Positions 12,878 to 26,102 of a stretch of DNA of 64,000 nt are shown here, in pieces. The notes beneath the pieces are model-generated. The model saw only the letters and a list, made by a program, of their open reading frames with translations. It made no database searches and was not told where the DNA came from. Each line of letters opens with the position of its first letter. The first letter of the stretch is position 1. Where the stretch lies: contig OZ024760.1 of the NCBI GenBank assembly GCA_964016885.1, forward strand, positions 15,252,001 through 15,316,000, read 5' to 3'. Position numbers and translations under genes: made by a program. Origin of the DNA: Eledone cirrhosa. Its lineage: Eukaryota.

Positions 12878-15615
12878 GTCTCATATGCATATTCCACACA
12901 GAAGGAATTGGTTGACCAAAGGGTATAGAAGAGACTTGTGTAAGATACCACACAGCATGACTGAATCCAGATCCATGTAGTTATGGAGTGAATTCCTTCA
13001 CCACACACACCCTGCCCCAGGGTAGTAGTAGTGGTAGTGGTGATGGTGGTGATGGTGGTGATGGCAACAGTGGTGTTATTGGCCACAGCAGCTCTTGTTG
13101 TTATTCAGAAAGTGTTGTATTCTTTGATATCTTAGATCAAAGTTGTAATCCAACATTGAGGTTTTGGCTGTTTAAGACTTCAGTCTTTCATCTGTGAAGT
13201 TGTTTACCGAAGAATTGCCATCAGGCAGGAATACCAGGTTCTAGGTTTTATATTACGAGGAATTTGCGCTGATGGATGTCATAATATTATGACATATCAC
13301 AAAGAATTTTTTGTTGACCAAGATTTCTTGTATCGTGAAAAATGATTCAACATTTTAATCAATATATTTTGGTAGCACAAGAAAAGTAGTTTGTGTGTGT
13401 GTATGTATGTGTATATATATATATATATATGTATTTATATAAGGACCCCCTAGCCTTTGTCAGGGCATTCTTCTAGGAGAAGGCAACTCAGGAAACTGGG
13501 ATAACTCCGACATAAAACCTGCAACTCAGTAGTTACCAATGATGTTGATCTTTTCTTCTTTTTGGGTTATAGCTACTGTCGCTCAGAGAGTGGGATTGGC
13601 TCAGTGCGCAGTCTTTCCTCACTTTAAAAATATCTTCACGCACAGGCATTGCACGATAGAATTAATTGATACTCATTAAAAATGTTATATCTTGCAATGG
13701 CCATACTCGATAACGAAGGAGCAGCCATCATATATATATAACGAAGGCCACGTGTTGTCCTTTCTCCAACGCAACTCTCTCCCCTCTGAAAACCCCACCG
13801 GTTGATGGATGTGAAATCTGAAATATAGGGACTAATAAATCGCTACCAAAGTAACTCTATCTCTTGTCTTTGAAACACCTTTCTTACATTCTTCAAAACC
13901 CTCTACGCTTCTTTCTACACTCCTTCCAACTCTTCTTACTAATAACTGCATTGTTTCTTTCCACGGACTATGTTGAAAAATAAGCCTTATTTAGTCATTC
14001 CATCAGAGTATCATGGTCGGCCTTTGAACTTTCCAGTCGACCCTCGTAGGTGTTAGTTGTAACAACAAAATGATTGAACTGGGGCCCCTATCATTTTAAT
14101 CTTTTAGGATTTACAGTACTTTATATATACTATTGTATTTTTGTGGTAAAGGCTTTACCTCACAATTATCTCACATAATATCGAATCTATGAAATTTTGA
14201 TATTATTTATTTTGAGAACAATACCTTAACATCAGTATGAGCAGCTGGTTACGGCCGCTTTCAACAGAAAGAGGTGAGAGAACTCTGGCCGGATACGGCT
14301 GGTTTAAATGCTAAAGGGTTAAAACACTCAGGATACCTCCTATCAGATGCAGCTAAATCTGCATAGGCAGAAGCTGTAGATTTTATTTTATATCATTTTA
14401 ACCCTTTAACATTTACATTACTCTATATTTACTATTGTATTTTCATGGTAAAGGCTTTACCTCACATAATTATCTCACATAATTATCTCACATAACATTT
14501 ACATTACTCTATATATACTATTGTATTTTCATGGTAAAGGCTTTACCTCACATAATATCTCACATAATATTTACATTACTCTATATTTACTATTGTATTT
14601 TCATGGTAAAGGCTTTACCTCACATAATATCTCACATAACATTTACATTACTCTATATTTACTATTGTATTTTCATGGTAAAGGCTTTACCTCACATAAT
14701 ATCTCACATAATATTGAATCTCTGAGGTAGGAGGTTGTATTATTGGTATTATCCGTGTGAGGTTATGGGGTTTATTAGAAAAGGAGAAGGGTGAGGAATA
14801 AATTTGGGGACTTTGCAGCAAAAGGTTACTGGGTCATTGTAATTTCTGTTGCAGCAGGATGCATTGGTGGTGGTTCCTGATAGAGGATGCGGAAGTTTTG
14901 GAAGGGTTGATGAATGGACGTGTGTATGCAATTAGGTGTGATGGGTAAGGAATCAGGAGGACAAAGGGTGGCGCTGCCATCATCATCATCACCACCACCA
15001 CCGTCATCATCATCATCTGCTGCTGCAATTATCATCATCACCATTTTTGCCATCACCATCGTCTGCAATTGTCATCATCATCATCATCATCATTTGTATC
15101 ATCACAATGGAATATAGCTAGAGGTTTTGTATAACTATATATATATGTATAGTTATAAAGTGCTTTGCAGCACCGAGTTACGGCCCTTTATGGTCTGAGT
15201 TCAAATCCCGGCGAGGTTAACTTTGCCTTTCATCCTTACGGGAGTCGATAAAATAAAGTACCAGTAATGTACTGGGTCGATTTAATTGACTTTCCCTTCC
15301 CCGCCAACATTGCTGGCCTTGTGCCTAAATCAGAAATTATTATTATTATTAATAATTACACTCACATACATATACACACACATACACCCTTACACTCACA
15401 TACATATACCCTTACACTCACATACATAGACACACACATACACCCTTACACTCACATACATATACCCTTACACTCACATACATAGACACACACATACACC
15501 CTTAGGCACAACATTCCTAGCAACTCCCCCCTCCTCCCACACACAATATACTCCCACTCACAATCTTTACAATGGAACAATGTGGTAGAGCAAAGAAAGA
15601 GAGAGAGAGAGAAGG

Positions 15616-15684
<69 letters not shown>

Positions 15685-16503
15685 ATACATATATATAGAG
15701 AGAGAGAGGCAGAGGGGAAGAAGAGAAGGAAAAGAGAGAGGAAGAAGAGAAGGCAAAGAGAGAGCAAGGAAGAGAGAAGAGGAGAAAAGGGAAAGAGAGA
15801 AGAGGGGAGAGGAAGAACAGAAGGAAGAGAAGAGAGAGAGTGTGTGAGGAAGGAAGAGAGATAGAGAGGGAGGAAGTGAGAAGAGAAGAGATAGAGAAAA
15901 GAAAGAAGAGAAAGAAAGGAAGAGAGAGGAAGGAAGATATATAGAGAGAGGGAGGAAGAGAGATAGAGAGAGGGAGCAAGAGAGAGAGAGAGAGAGAGGA
16001 AGAGAGAAGCAGCAGGTAGTCAATAACACATAAAAGCTACAATAAAACAGTTTTATAGAAGACATAAAGTAAGAAGATATTTTAAAATAGGTTAACTTCA
16101 GTTTTTTATTCAGTATTTTAATCCCTCAAACTTATAAACATATTTACCTTATAGGTATATATATATATATACACACATACATACATATATATATATATAT
16201 ACACACATACATTTATATATATATATACACACATACATTTATATATATATATACACACATACATTTATATATATATATACACACATACATTTATATATAT
16301 ATATACACACATACATTTATATATATATATATACACATACATTTATATATATATATACACACATACATTTATATATATATATATATATACACACACATAT
16401 ATATTTAAGAGTTAAACAAGATTCAATGAATACATCAAAGAATGAGTTTTACCTTGATTAAATCTTAACCATCTACCATGTCAGCGTATGCCATGTATCA
16501 TTT

Positions 16504-16570
16504 TATTTCATCTGATGAGGACGTACTGTTGAACTTAATTCAGTACCTCTGAAATATGTATAATAAAATA
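16504..16570 (+). ncRNA. Minimal hammerhead, same family as 5571-5627
   Basis: CUGAUGA-GGACGUACUG...CAGUACCUCU-GAAA-UAUGUA-UA-AUAAAAUA; flanks homologous to 5530-5660. Confidence 0.65.
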
Positions 16571-16613
16571 TAATTGATCACAAGAATATCTATTTTGTTA
16601 ATATTTGGAATCA

Positions 16614-16673
<60 letters not shown>

Positions 16674-17082
16674 CATGATAATGATATATATGTTTGTGTG
16701 TATATACATATATATATATATCATTGTGTGTGTATATATATATATATATCATGATAATGATATATATGTTTGTGTGTATATACATATATATATATATCAT
16801 TGTGTGTATATATATATATATATCATGATAATGATATATATGTTTGTGTGTATATACATATATATATATATCATTGTGTGTGTATATATATATATATCAT
16901 GATAATGATATATATGTTTGTGTGTATATACATATATATATATATCATTGTGTGTGTATATATATTAATAAAAGGAATTCCAACTTTGTCTGAGTTACTC
17001 GTTTTATTTACAATCCTTTAAAATGTATAACGGTATTAGAATGAAATAGTATGATAGAATATTAAATTCTAAGTGTTGATTG

Positions 17083-17118
17083 AACAAGTACTTTCATGCT
17101 TTTGCAATCTTCAGGTTT
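17083..17118 (-). ncRNA. Minimal hammerhead candidate
   Basis: Minus strand AAC-CUGAAGA-UUGC aaaa GCAU-GAAA-GUAC-UU-GUU, located between the inverted arms ~16960-17030 and 17153-17205. Confidence 0.55.
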
Positions 17119-17241
17119 TTATTGTGTGGTGACAGTCAAGTTTGCAATTTTCATTGTAAATAAAACGAGTAAATCAGACAAAGTTGAAATTCCTTTTATT
17201 AATATAATCTTCTATACACAATCATACACACCCGTGTATAT

Positions 17242-17312
<71 letters not shown>

Positions 17313-17504
17313 ATAGGCTATTATGTATGATCTTGTGCAATGAATACAAAATCTGGTTTCACAAAAGATTTTCTACGCCAGCACTGGTAAACCATTCTCT
17401 AATGGTTTCTTTCCATTATCTTAATCTCAGTCCTGTCCATTCCTGTTCCATTCTGACCATTGTGAAGAATTATTTGTCCTGTCTTTCAGTTTTTGTTACA
17501 TGCT

Positions 17505-18125
17505 GTGGTGGTGGTGGTGGTGGTGGTGGTGGTGATGGTGGTGGTGGTGGTGGTGGTGGTGGTGGTGGTGACTGTGATGGTGGTGGTGGTTTGGTGGTGG
17601 TGGTGGTGGTGGTGGTGGTGGTGGTGGTGGTGGTGGTGGTGGTGACTGTGATGGTGGTGGTGGTTTGGTGGTGGTGGTGGTGGTGGTGGTGGTGACTGTG
17701 ATGGTGGTGGTGGTTTGGTGGTGGTGGTGGTGGTGGTGGTGACTGGTGGTGGTTTGGTGGTGGTGGTGACTGTGATGGTGGTGGTGGTGGTGGTTTGGTG
17801 GTGGTGGTGACTGTGGTGGTGATGGTGGTGGTGGTGGTGGTGGTGGTGGTGGTGACTGTGATGGTGGTGGTGGTTTGGTGGTGGTGGTGACTGTGATGGT
17901 GATGGTGGTGGTAGTGGTGGTGGTGACTGTGGTGGTAGTGGTGGTGGTGGTGGTGGTGGTGGTGGTGGTGGTGGTGGTGGTGTTGGTTTGGTGGTGGTGG
18001 TGACTGTGATGGTGATGGTGATGATGGTGGTAGTGGTGGTGGTGATGGTGGTGGTGGTGGTGGCGATGGTGGTGGTGGCGTAGTGGTGGTGGTGGCGATG
18101 GTGGTGGTGGCGTAGTGGTGGTGGT
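17505..18125. repeat. (GGT)n microsatellite
   Basis: Direct observation; followed by (CAT)n to ~18380. Confidence 0.95.
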
Positions 18126-18286
18126 ATGAGGTTTACCTCTTTCTTTCTGCTAAATATTAAACTGGTCTTACCATCATCATCATAATCATCATCATCATAG
18201 TTGTGGTTGTTGATGTCATTTTCATCATCAGTAGCGCCATCAATGATGCTGTTGTCTTTATCATCATTGTCAGTATCGTTGTTACT

Positions 18287-18317
<31 letters not shown>

Positions 18318-18846
18318 CTGTTATCATCATCATCATCATCACTGTTATCATCATCATCATCATCACTGTTATCATCATCATTTATATCATCTTTTGTCTT
18401 CATTATTAGAATTGGCTAGGAGGGCGTTGGATTGTCAGTATCGGTGGAGGGTCGGACGCCATGCTTTCTAGCATAGAGTTACGGCCCTTGCCATTCTGAG
18501 TTCAAATCCCGCCGAGGTTAACTTTGCCTTTCATCCTTACAGGGTCGATAACGTAAAGTACCAGTAATACACTGGGTGATTGCTGGCCTTGTGCCAAAAG
18601 TAGAAACAATTATTAGAATTGGCTAGGGTGGTGGATTGGCAGAATCGGTAGAGCGTCAGACACCATGTTTTGCAGCATAGAGTTATGGCCCTTTATGGTC
18701 TGAGTACAAATCCTGCCGAGGTTAACTTTGCTTTAAAGTACCAGTAATGCACTGGGATAATTGCTGGCCTTGTGCCAAAGGAAGAAACAATTATTACCAT
18801 CATCATCATCATCATTTACATCATCATCATCACTATCACCATCCTG

Positions 18847-19360
18847 GTATAGTGTACTGTAGTGTGGTGTGGTGTATTGTAGTGTAGTGTACTGTAGTGT
18901 AGTGTAGTGTGGTGTGGTATAGTGTAGTGTGGTGTGGTGTAGTGTACTGTAGTGTGGTGTAGTGTGGTGTAGTGTAGTGTGGTGTAGTGTAGTGTGGTGT
19001 AGTGTACTGTAGTGTGGTGTGGTGTACTGTAGTGTGGTGTAGTGTAGTGTACTGTAGTGTGGTGTAGTGTACTGTACTGTAGTGTGGTGTGGTGTAGTGT
19101 AGTGTAGTGTACTGTAGTGTAGTGTGGTGTGGTATAGTGTAGTGTGGTGTGGTGTAGTGTACTGTAGTGTGGTGTAGTGTGGTGTAGTGTAGTGTGGTGT
19201 AGTGTGGTGTAGTGTAGTGTGGTGTAGTGTGGTGTAGTGTAGTGTGGTGTAGTGTGGTGTAGTGTAGTGTGGTGTAGTGTACTGTAGTGTGGTGTGGTGT
19301 AGTGTACTGTAGTGTGGTGTGGTGTAGTGTAGTGTGGTGTAGTGTAGTGTACTGTAGTGT
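18847..19360. repeat. (GTGTA/GTGTG)n pentanucleotide satellite
   Basis: Direct observation. Confidence 0.95.
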
Positions 19361-19545
19361 ATTATATGTCCATATGTCAATATAAAGTCAACTCAGTCTT
19401 TAATGTTGTTGACAACAATTAAAATACCATTACAGTTTATGAATATCAATGATATTTCTGTACTGTAGGGGGGGGGGACTGAGGGAGGGGGAACTAGTGG
19501 ACAACTGGTTGATGTATGACACATTTAACTGTTGTAATTAACTTG

Positions 19546-19633
<88 letters not shown>

Positions 19634-19642
19634 ACCAGTAAG

Positions 19643-19736
19643 ACCCCGACAGCTGAGCTCAAGCCGTTTCGACGGCTAATTCTGGACTAAATGAACATTT
19701 ATCCTGGTATTTAAATAGCCGATCTTCTCAAGGGGT
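19643..19736 (-). ncRNA. Inverted copy of the U3-A8 hammerhead ribozyme
   Basis: Reverse complement of 22931-23024, inside the left inverted repeat. Confidence 0.85.
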
Positions 19737-20129
19737 AATTCCATATATGGTCAAAGTGATTGTCAAAAATCAGTAGTAATTCTGTGGTTGCAAATTAGTA
19801 GGGGAGATGGTGGCTAAACCTGCCAGTAGGAGAAAGAGGGGAGGGGGTGGAGTAGACCCAATCAAGCGTTGGTAGTGCCAGCTACAGCTGGGCATGAGGT
19901 CAAAGAAGATACAGGGGAGGGGGAGGGGGAGGAAGTCGGAACGGTAGGTAGAACAATGGGGGGTAAAAATAGGAAAGAAAAAATACTGAGAGTGAAGAAA
20001 AGCAAATAAGTGTAAAGAAAAAATTAAATTCTACGACCTAGGTGTCAGGCTATTGTTAGGCGAGAATAAAATAAAGAAAGAAAGAAAGAAGTAAATAAAT
20101 AAATAAATAAATAAATAAGGAAATAAGTA

Positions 20130-21832
20130 AACTCCACCTATAAAAAGGCCAACCACTCTTGCATCGAGGACATAAATCGAGATGGACAACAAATCACCTC
20201 CAGCCTCGGGGTCGCCGACCGCACGGAACCTCTAGACCCACGGACACCATACTTCACACTGAAGGACCATAAATCCGATTTTGACCGTAAACCCTCCATC
20301 AGGCTTATTAACCCAACGAAGTCCGACATAGGGAGAATCAGCAAAAAAATCCTAGACCGCGTGATACCAAAAGTCAAGCAACACACCCGACTTAGCCTAT
20401 GGATCAACACCCAGGAAGTAATCTCCTGGTTCAGCAATATGGAGGATAAACGAGAAACTAAATTCATACAGTTCGACATAGAGAGCTACTATGCTTCAAT
20501 CACCTTACCGCTACTTACTGCCGCCTTGGACTTCGCCGAAACACTCGTGCCCATCACCGACCAGGAAAGAAAAATCATCCTCCACGCCAGGAAGACAGTC
20601 TTACTCTTTGACGACTCTAAATGGATAAAAAGAGCTCCCGACTCACCCTTCGACGTCAGCATGGGCGCCACGGATTCGGCGGAGGTCACTGATCTTATAG
20701 GATTATTCCTAATAGCCAAACTCACTGATATGTTTCCTGCATTCGGTGGTGGATTGTACCGTGATGATGGGCTCCTTACCCTTAAAGGGTACAACCCCAG
20801 TAGTACAGATCGGGTCCGGAAACAATTAATCATTTAAGATTCTTCCGCGACTGGGGATTTAAAATAACCCTACAAACGTCCCTGACCCGAGTAAACTTCC
20901 TGGACGTAACCCTCGACCTCGAAAACGACCTGTACTACCCATACAGGAAACCTAATGACAATCTGCACTACATCCACCGCCGATCAAACCATCCTAGGAA
21001 CATCACAAACAACCTGGTCAAAAACATCTCCCTCCGCATATCCCGTTTGTCAGCTAATGAGCGGATATTCGATGAACATGCGCCTTATTACAACCAGGCC
21101 CTCAAGCGGAGTGGTTTCCGGGAGGAAATATCCTACTGTCCAGATCCCATTAGCGGAACCAGCAGGAGACACCGCCGCTCACGCAATGTAACATGGTTCA
21201 ATCCTCCCCACAACGCAGAGGTGACTACTCCCATCGGGAAACTATTCTTTAGGCTCATTGAAAAACACTTCCCATTACAACACCGCTACCACAACATAAT
21301 TAACAAAAATACCATCAAACTCTCTTACAGCACTACACCAAACTTCGCACAAAACATCGTCTCCTCTAACAACAAAAAACTCAACCCCGATGGCAGAAAT
21401 AACCTAAATAGCAGTGGAGAACCGACCAGGAGGTATAACTGCCCGGATAGATCTATTTGCCCACTCGACAATAGATGCAGAGACCGTAATGTGATCTACC
21501 AGTGCAACGTGAGGACGGATACCTCCAACAAAGCCTATATAGGACTTACCTTCCGAAACCCGGCCCGGCGTCACGCCACTACACTTTCGGGCCACATATG
21601 GGACCTCAAGGACAACAACATCACCTATGATCTCACTTGGAGATTACTGTCCAGAGCCAATTCTTACACGGGAGGACGCCGTCCGTGCAATTTATGCTCG
21701 GAGGAAACTTTACAAATGCTGTTTTCGACGGACCAACTCCTAAACAAGAAAGATGAACTGGTTACTGCATGTAAACATAGATTGCGTAGGACTTACCTCG
21801 CCCTCAAACCCCATAATGACCCGGGGGGGTAG
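20130..21832 (+). pseudogene. PLE RT-GIY-YIG ORF, disrupted
   Basis: No start codon (5'-truncated). Frameshift at ~20832-20836 (KQLI|RFFRDWGFK). Apparent in-frame deletion after YIGLT at 21550/21551. Confidence 0.88.
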
Positions 21833-22930
21833 ACTAGGGCTATAACACCCCAGTTGCCGATTTTGCAATGGGTAACCCCTGCTTGCCAAGGAAGACGTAA
21901 GATCTTCTTTGTATTCTTTTATCGCATCCTTTATTTCCTTCCCCCCTCTCTCCTTTGTCCTTCTACCCCAGCTCTTCTCCTTTGTCGGCGTCTTTTCTCG
22001 CCCACCCGAGGCTGCCCTTTGGCCCCATGTAGCCTTAGTACCCCCACTCCCCCCTCCCCTAGTCTTTGATAGATTTGGCGGACTCCGCCCTTTATAGCAG
22101 TTGGCTTAGACCCCGGATACTTGCCCCCCTTTTCCGACCGCTCCCACTATTCTCTGTGCCCTCTATATTTCTTAGTGGCACTTATGCCTTATTTTTTCGT
22201 TTCAGTATTTCTTGCTTCGCTTTTCTTCTGGGCGGGGTGGATTCTGAACTTATTTCTCCGTATTCTACCTTTATTTCGTACGAACTTTCATGTAGCTTGT
22301 TTTAGATCTTTTAGAGTTAGCATTAGTATATATTTTTCCCGGGACTCAGAATTATTATGTCGTACAAGTTCACTTTGCTGCACTGGGTCGTTGCTGGCCC
22401 GGGATGGAAACCTTTATTGTTTATTTCGTGGTAGTCTCTTTAGTATTTTGGCCCCTTTTGTTGACCAGTCACCGTATCATTTACGTACTTATACCTCTTA
22501 AAAGGGTCCTTGCCTAATTCGTCCCACCTAGTTCTTTTACTTATTTCCTTATTTATTTATTTATTTATTTATTTACTTCTTTCTTTCTTTCTTTATTTTA
22601 TTCTCGCCTAACAATAGCCTGACACCTAGGTCGTAGAATTTAATTTTTTCTTTACACTTATTTGCTTTTCTTCACTCTCAGTATTTTTTCTTTCCTATTT
22701 TTACCCCCCATTGTTCTACCTACCGTTCCGACTTCCTCCCCCTCCCCCTCCCCTGTATCTTCTTTGACCTCATGCCCAGCTGTAGCTGGCACTACCAACG
22801 CTTGATTGGGTCTACTCCACCCCCTCCCCTCTTTCTCCTACTGGCAGGTTTAGCCACCATCTCCCCTACTAATTTGCAACCACAGAATTACTACTGATTT
22901 TTGACAATCACTTTGACCATATATGGAATT

Positions 22931-23024
22931 ACCCCTTGAGAAGATCGGCTATTTAAATACCAGGATAAATGTTCATTTAGTCCAGAATTAGCCGTCGAAA
23001 CGGCTTGAGCTCAGCTGTCGGGGT
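22931..23024 (+). ncRNA. Type I hammerhead ribozyme, U3-A8 core variant
   Basis: Stem I ACCCC/GGGGU; core UUGAGAA; stem II GA(U)CGGCUA/UAGCCGUC; GAAA; stem III CGGCU/AGCUG around loop UGAGCUC; GUC at 23017-23019. Confidence 0.85.
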
Positions 23025-23115
23025 CTTACTGGTTTCTATTACCCACTCTACTACCTCAAGTATTGAGTACTTTGGTGCGTTATGGTCCACCTGGTTCCTT
23101 ACCACATTTCCTTCG

Positions 23116-23176
<61 letters not shown>

Positions 23177-23545
23177 TCTATCTATTAAACACATTATAAT
23201 TAACTTTCTGTTCCCCCTCTCTCTATCTATCTCTCTCTCGATAGACTTCTCTCTCTATATATATATATATCTGTCTCTCTCACTCACATTGACACATTTT
23301 ACTCATAATTAAGTTTCTCTTCTCTCTATGGAGAGATAAAGACATATATACACACACACATATATACATGCACACACACATATATACATGCACACATACA
23401 TACACACATCTATACTCAGACACATGGACATACACACACACACACACACATATACACAAACACACACACATATAGCCGAGCACATGGACATACACACACA
23501 CACACACATATACACAAACACACACATATATAGCCGAGCACATGG

Positions 23546-23601
<56 letters not shown>

Positions 23602-24162
23602 GGTAAAAAAGTGTGAGTTCAGTGTGGGTTGTCATGGTAACTAGTAATACACCACCCACATTTTATACATACACACACACAAACGTGTGTGTATTCGTGT
23701 GTATATATATATATAGTAGGCACCTCTAACAAAAATACACCCCCCCGTCACGCTACCCGCACCCCATCCACACCACCCCCTTCAATGTAATGTTATGTTG
23801 GTACCACAACATCCAGTCCGAAATAAATGAGGTCGTGTAGGTGTCACGACAAAAAAAACACACAAACACACAGTCCACGCTGTAATGTGGCCGTGTTGAA
23901 ACACACACAAAAACAAGATGGCGTAGGACAGAACAAAGGAGAGGCTCAAAAACAAAGAAAAGAATCCCCAGTCAGTGAAGAGGTCACAGAATGTGTGACG
24001 AAAGAACTTTGACAATATATGAACCGTCCGGTTGTGGAGCCAGCCAACCAACCAACCGGAAATTTATAAATTCTTAAATTTATAAATTTAATTTATAATA
24101 AATTGGAGTGAAAGCAACTGGTGCGTGTGTTTCTTATTGGCAACATGACCCTCCCAAAGCAT

Positions 24163-24228
<66 letters not shown>

Positions 24229-24880
24229 ATATATGTGTATATGCACATATATGTGTATATGTATTATGTGTGTGTATGTTTGAGTATGTATGTATGAACC
24301 AAACCATTCCTAGAATATGGGAATGTTCTCTAGAGCTATAGAGCTATCTACCTACCTATTTATCTATCTATATATATATAGATAGATTTGCTCGTGTAAA
24401 TGGGCCTTCTCTGTATACCATCCTGTAGGTAAAGAAGTGAAGGAGAGAGAAGCACCTTCTCCATGTGCTCCCTGGGCAAAGGATTGCACACTTTTTCGGG
24501 GGTGTGTGCAACCCCTATCACGTCCCCTCCCTTTTGAGGTTGTTTTCGATTATTTTCATTTTATACCCTTTTTACTCGATTTTATGCAAACTCCCCCTTT
24601 GTATTTGTCCCTTCTTTTATGCCTTTATGGTAAATAAAGAAATATATTGTTTCTACTTTAGGCACAAGGCCAGCAATTACCCAGTGCATTACTGGTACTT
24701 TATTTTATCGACCCCGTAAGGATGAAAGGCAAAGTCAACCTCGGCAGGATTTGAACTCAGATCGTAAAGGGACGTAACTATGCTGGAAAGCATGGCGTCC
24801 GACCCTCTACCGATACTGCCAATCCACCGCCTTTTAAATAAAGAAATATAGATAGATAGATAGCTAGATAGATAGATAGC

Positions 24881-24914
<34 letters not shown>

Positions 24915-25613
24915 TATTTCTTTATTAGCCACAGGGGCACAAATGAAGGGGACAAATACAAAGATAGATAGAGATCCGCCAACACTACAGCTAACACATA
25001 CAAACATGTACTTCCCTGGCATTTGTGTATTATTCTATGTACTATATTGACGAGTTGTAGTGCACCTGAGCACTTTACACAATAATTTCATTATTCATTA
25101 TTATAGATAGCTCTATTGACAGCTAGAATACAATTTATTAGACCAAGAAATACAGGTGGTCTACTTCTGTTCTCTCTAAATAGGTTAATTGACAAACAAC
25201 TTTAATATTGAAATTTCAATAAGGACACACACATATATATATATAGTGACATATCACATGTGTGTGTGTGTATATATATACATACACACATGTTCATGTA
25301 CATACATGTATAAATATATATGTATGTATGTGTATATATATAAATGTGTGTATTTATATGTATAGAAATATTCAAGCAGGGAAAATCGGATGTAAAATGA
25401 TGATGATGATGATGTATGTGTGTGTGTGTGTATAGAAATGTTATATATGTATATATATATATATATGTGTGTGTATGTGTATATATATATATATGTATGT
25501 GTGTGTGTTTGTATAGAAATGTTATATATGTATATATATATATATATATATATGTGTGTATGTGTGTGTGTATGATGATGTATGTGTGTGTGTGTGTGTA
25601 TGTATAGAAATGT

Positions 25614-25760
<147 letters not shown>

Positions 25761-26102
25761 GTGTGTGTGTGTGCTTGTCTACCCTGCTGATTAATAACTA
25801 TGTTGATGTCCAAACCCTTAAAGGCATATTAAGTATTTAATAATGTTTTTTAAAGAGCTTCCCTCCAACACACACACACACACATGTGCACACACACACA
25901 CACGTGCACACACACACATGTGCACACACACACACACGTGCACACACACACACGTGCACACACACACACGTGCACACCTTAATATTACTTTGTACTCACC
26001 TCCTATGTCTTCCTAGACCCAGTTTTGATGTTTTGTTCGGGGTTTTGTTCTGAAATATTTTCACACTAAGTTAGATAAGAAGTCAGCCTGTGTGTGTGTT
26101 TC

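Larger units (their letters stand above)
19628..23116 (+). mobile_element. Penelope-like retroelement, 5'-truncated, with inverted terminal repeats and a 3' tail
   Basis: RT motifs TLKDHK...RLINPTKSDIGRISK, QFDIESYYASI, MGA.DSAE, GLYRDDGL and NFLDVT; C-terminal GIY-YIG-type domain (VIYQ...YIGLT...CNLC..E...LLNK). 19628-20131 is the reverse complement of 22536-23039. Both ends abut (TA)n. Confidence 0.93.

Noticed and set aside
13090-13380. Unique-looking sequence as a candidate exon
   Set aside because: Multiple stops in the best minus-strand frame; looks like a very old LINE remnant.
17486-18403. Asp-rich/Pro-rich 305-aa ORF
   Set aside because: Concatenated (GAT)n and (ACC)n microsatellites.
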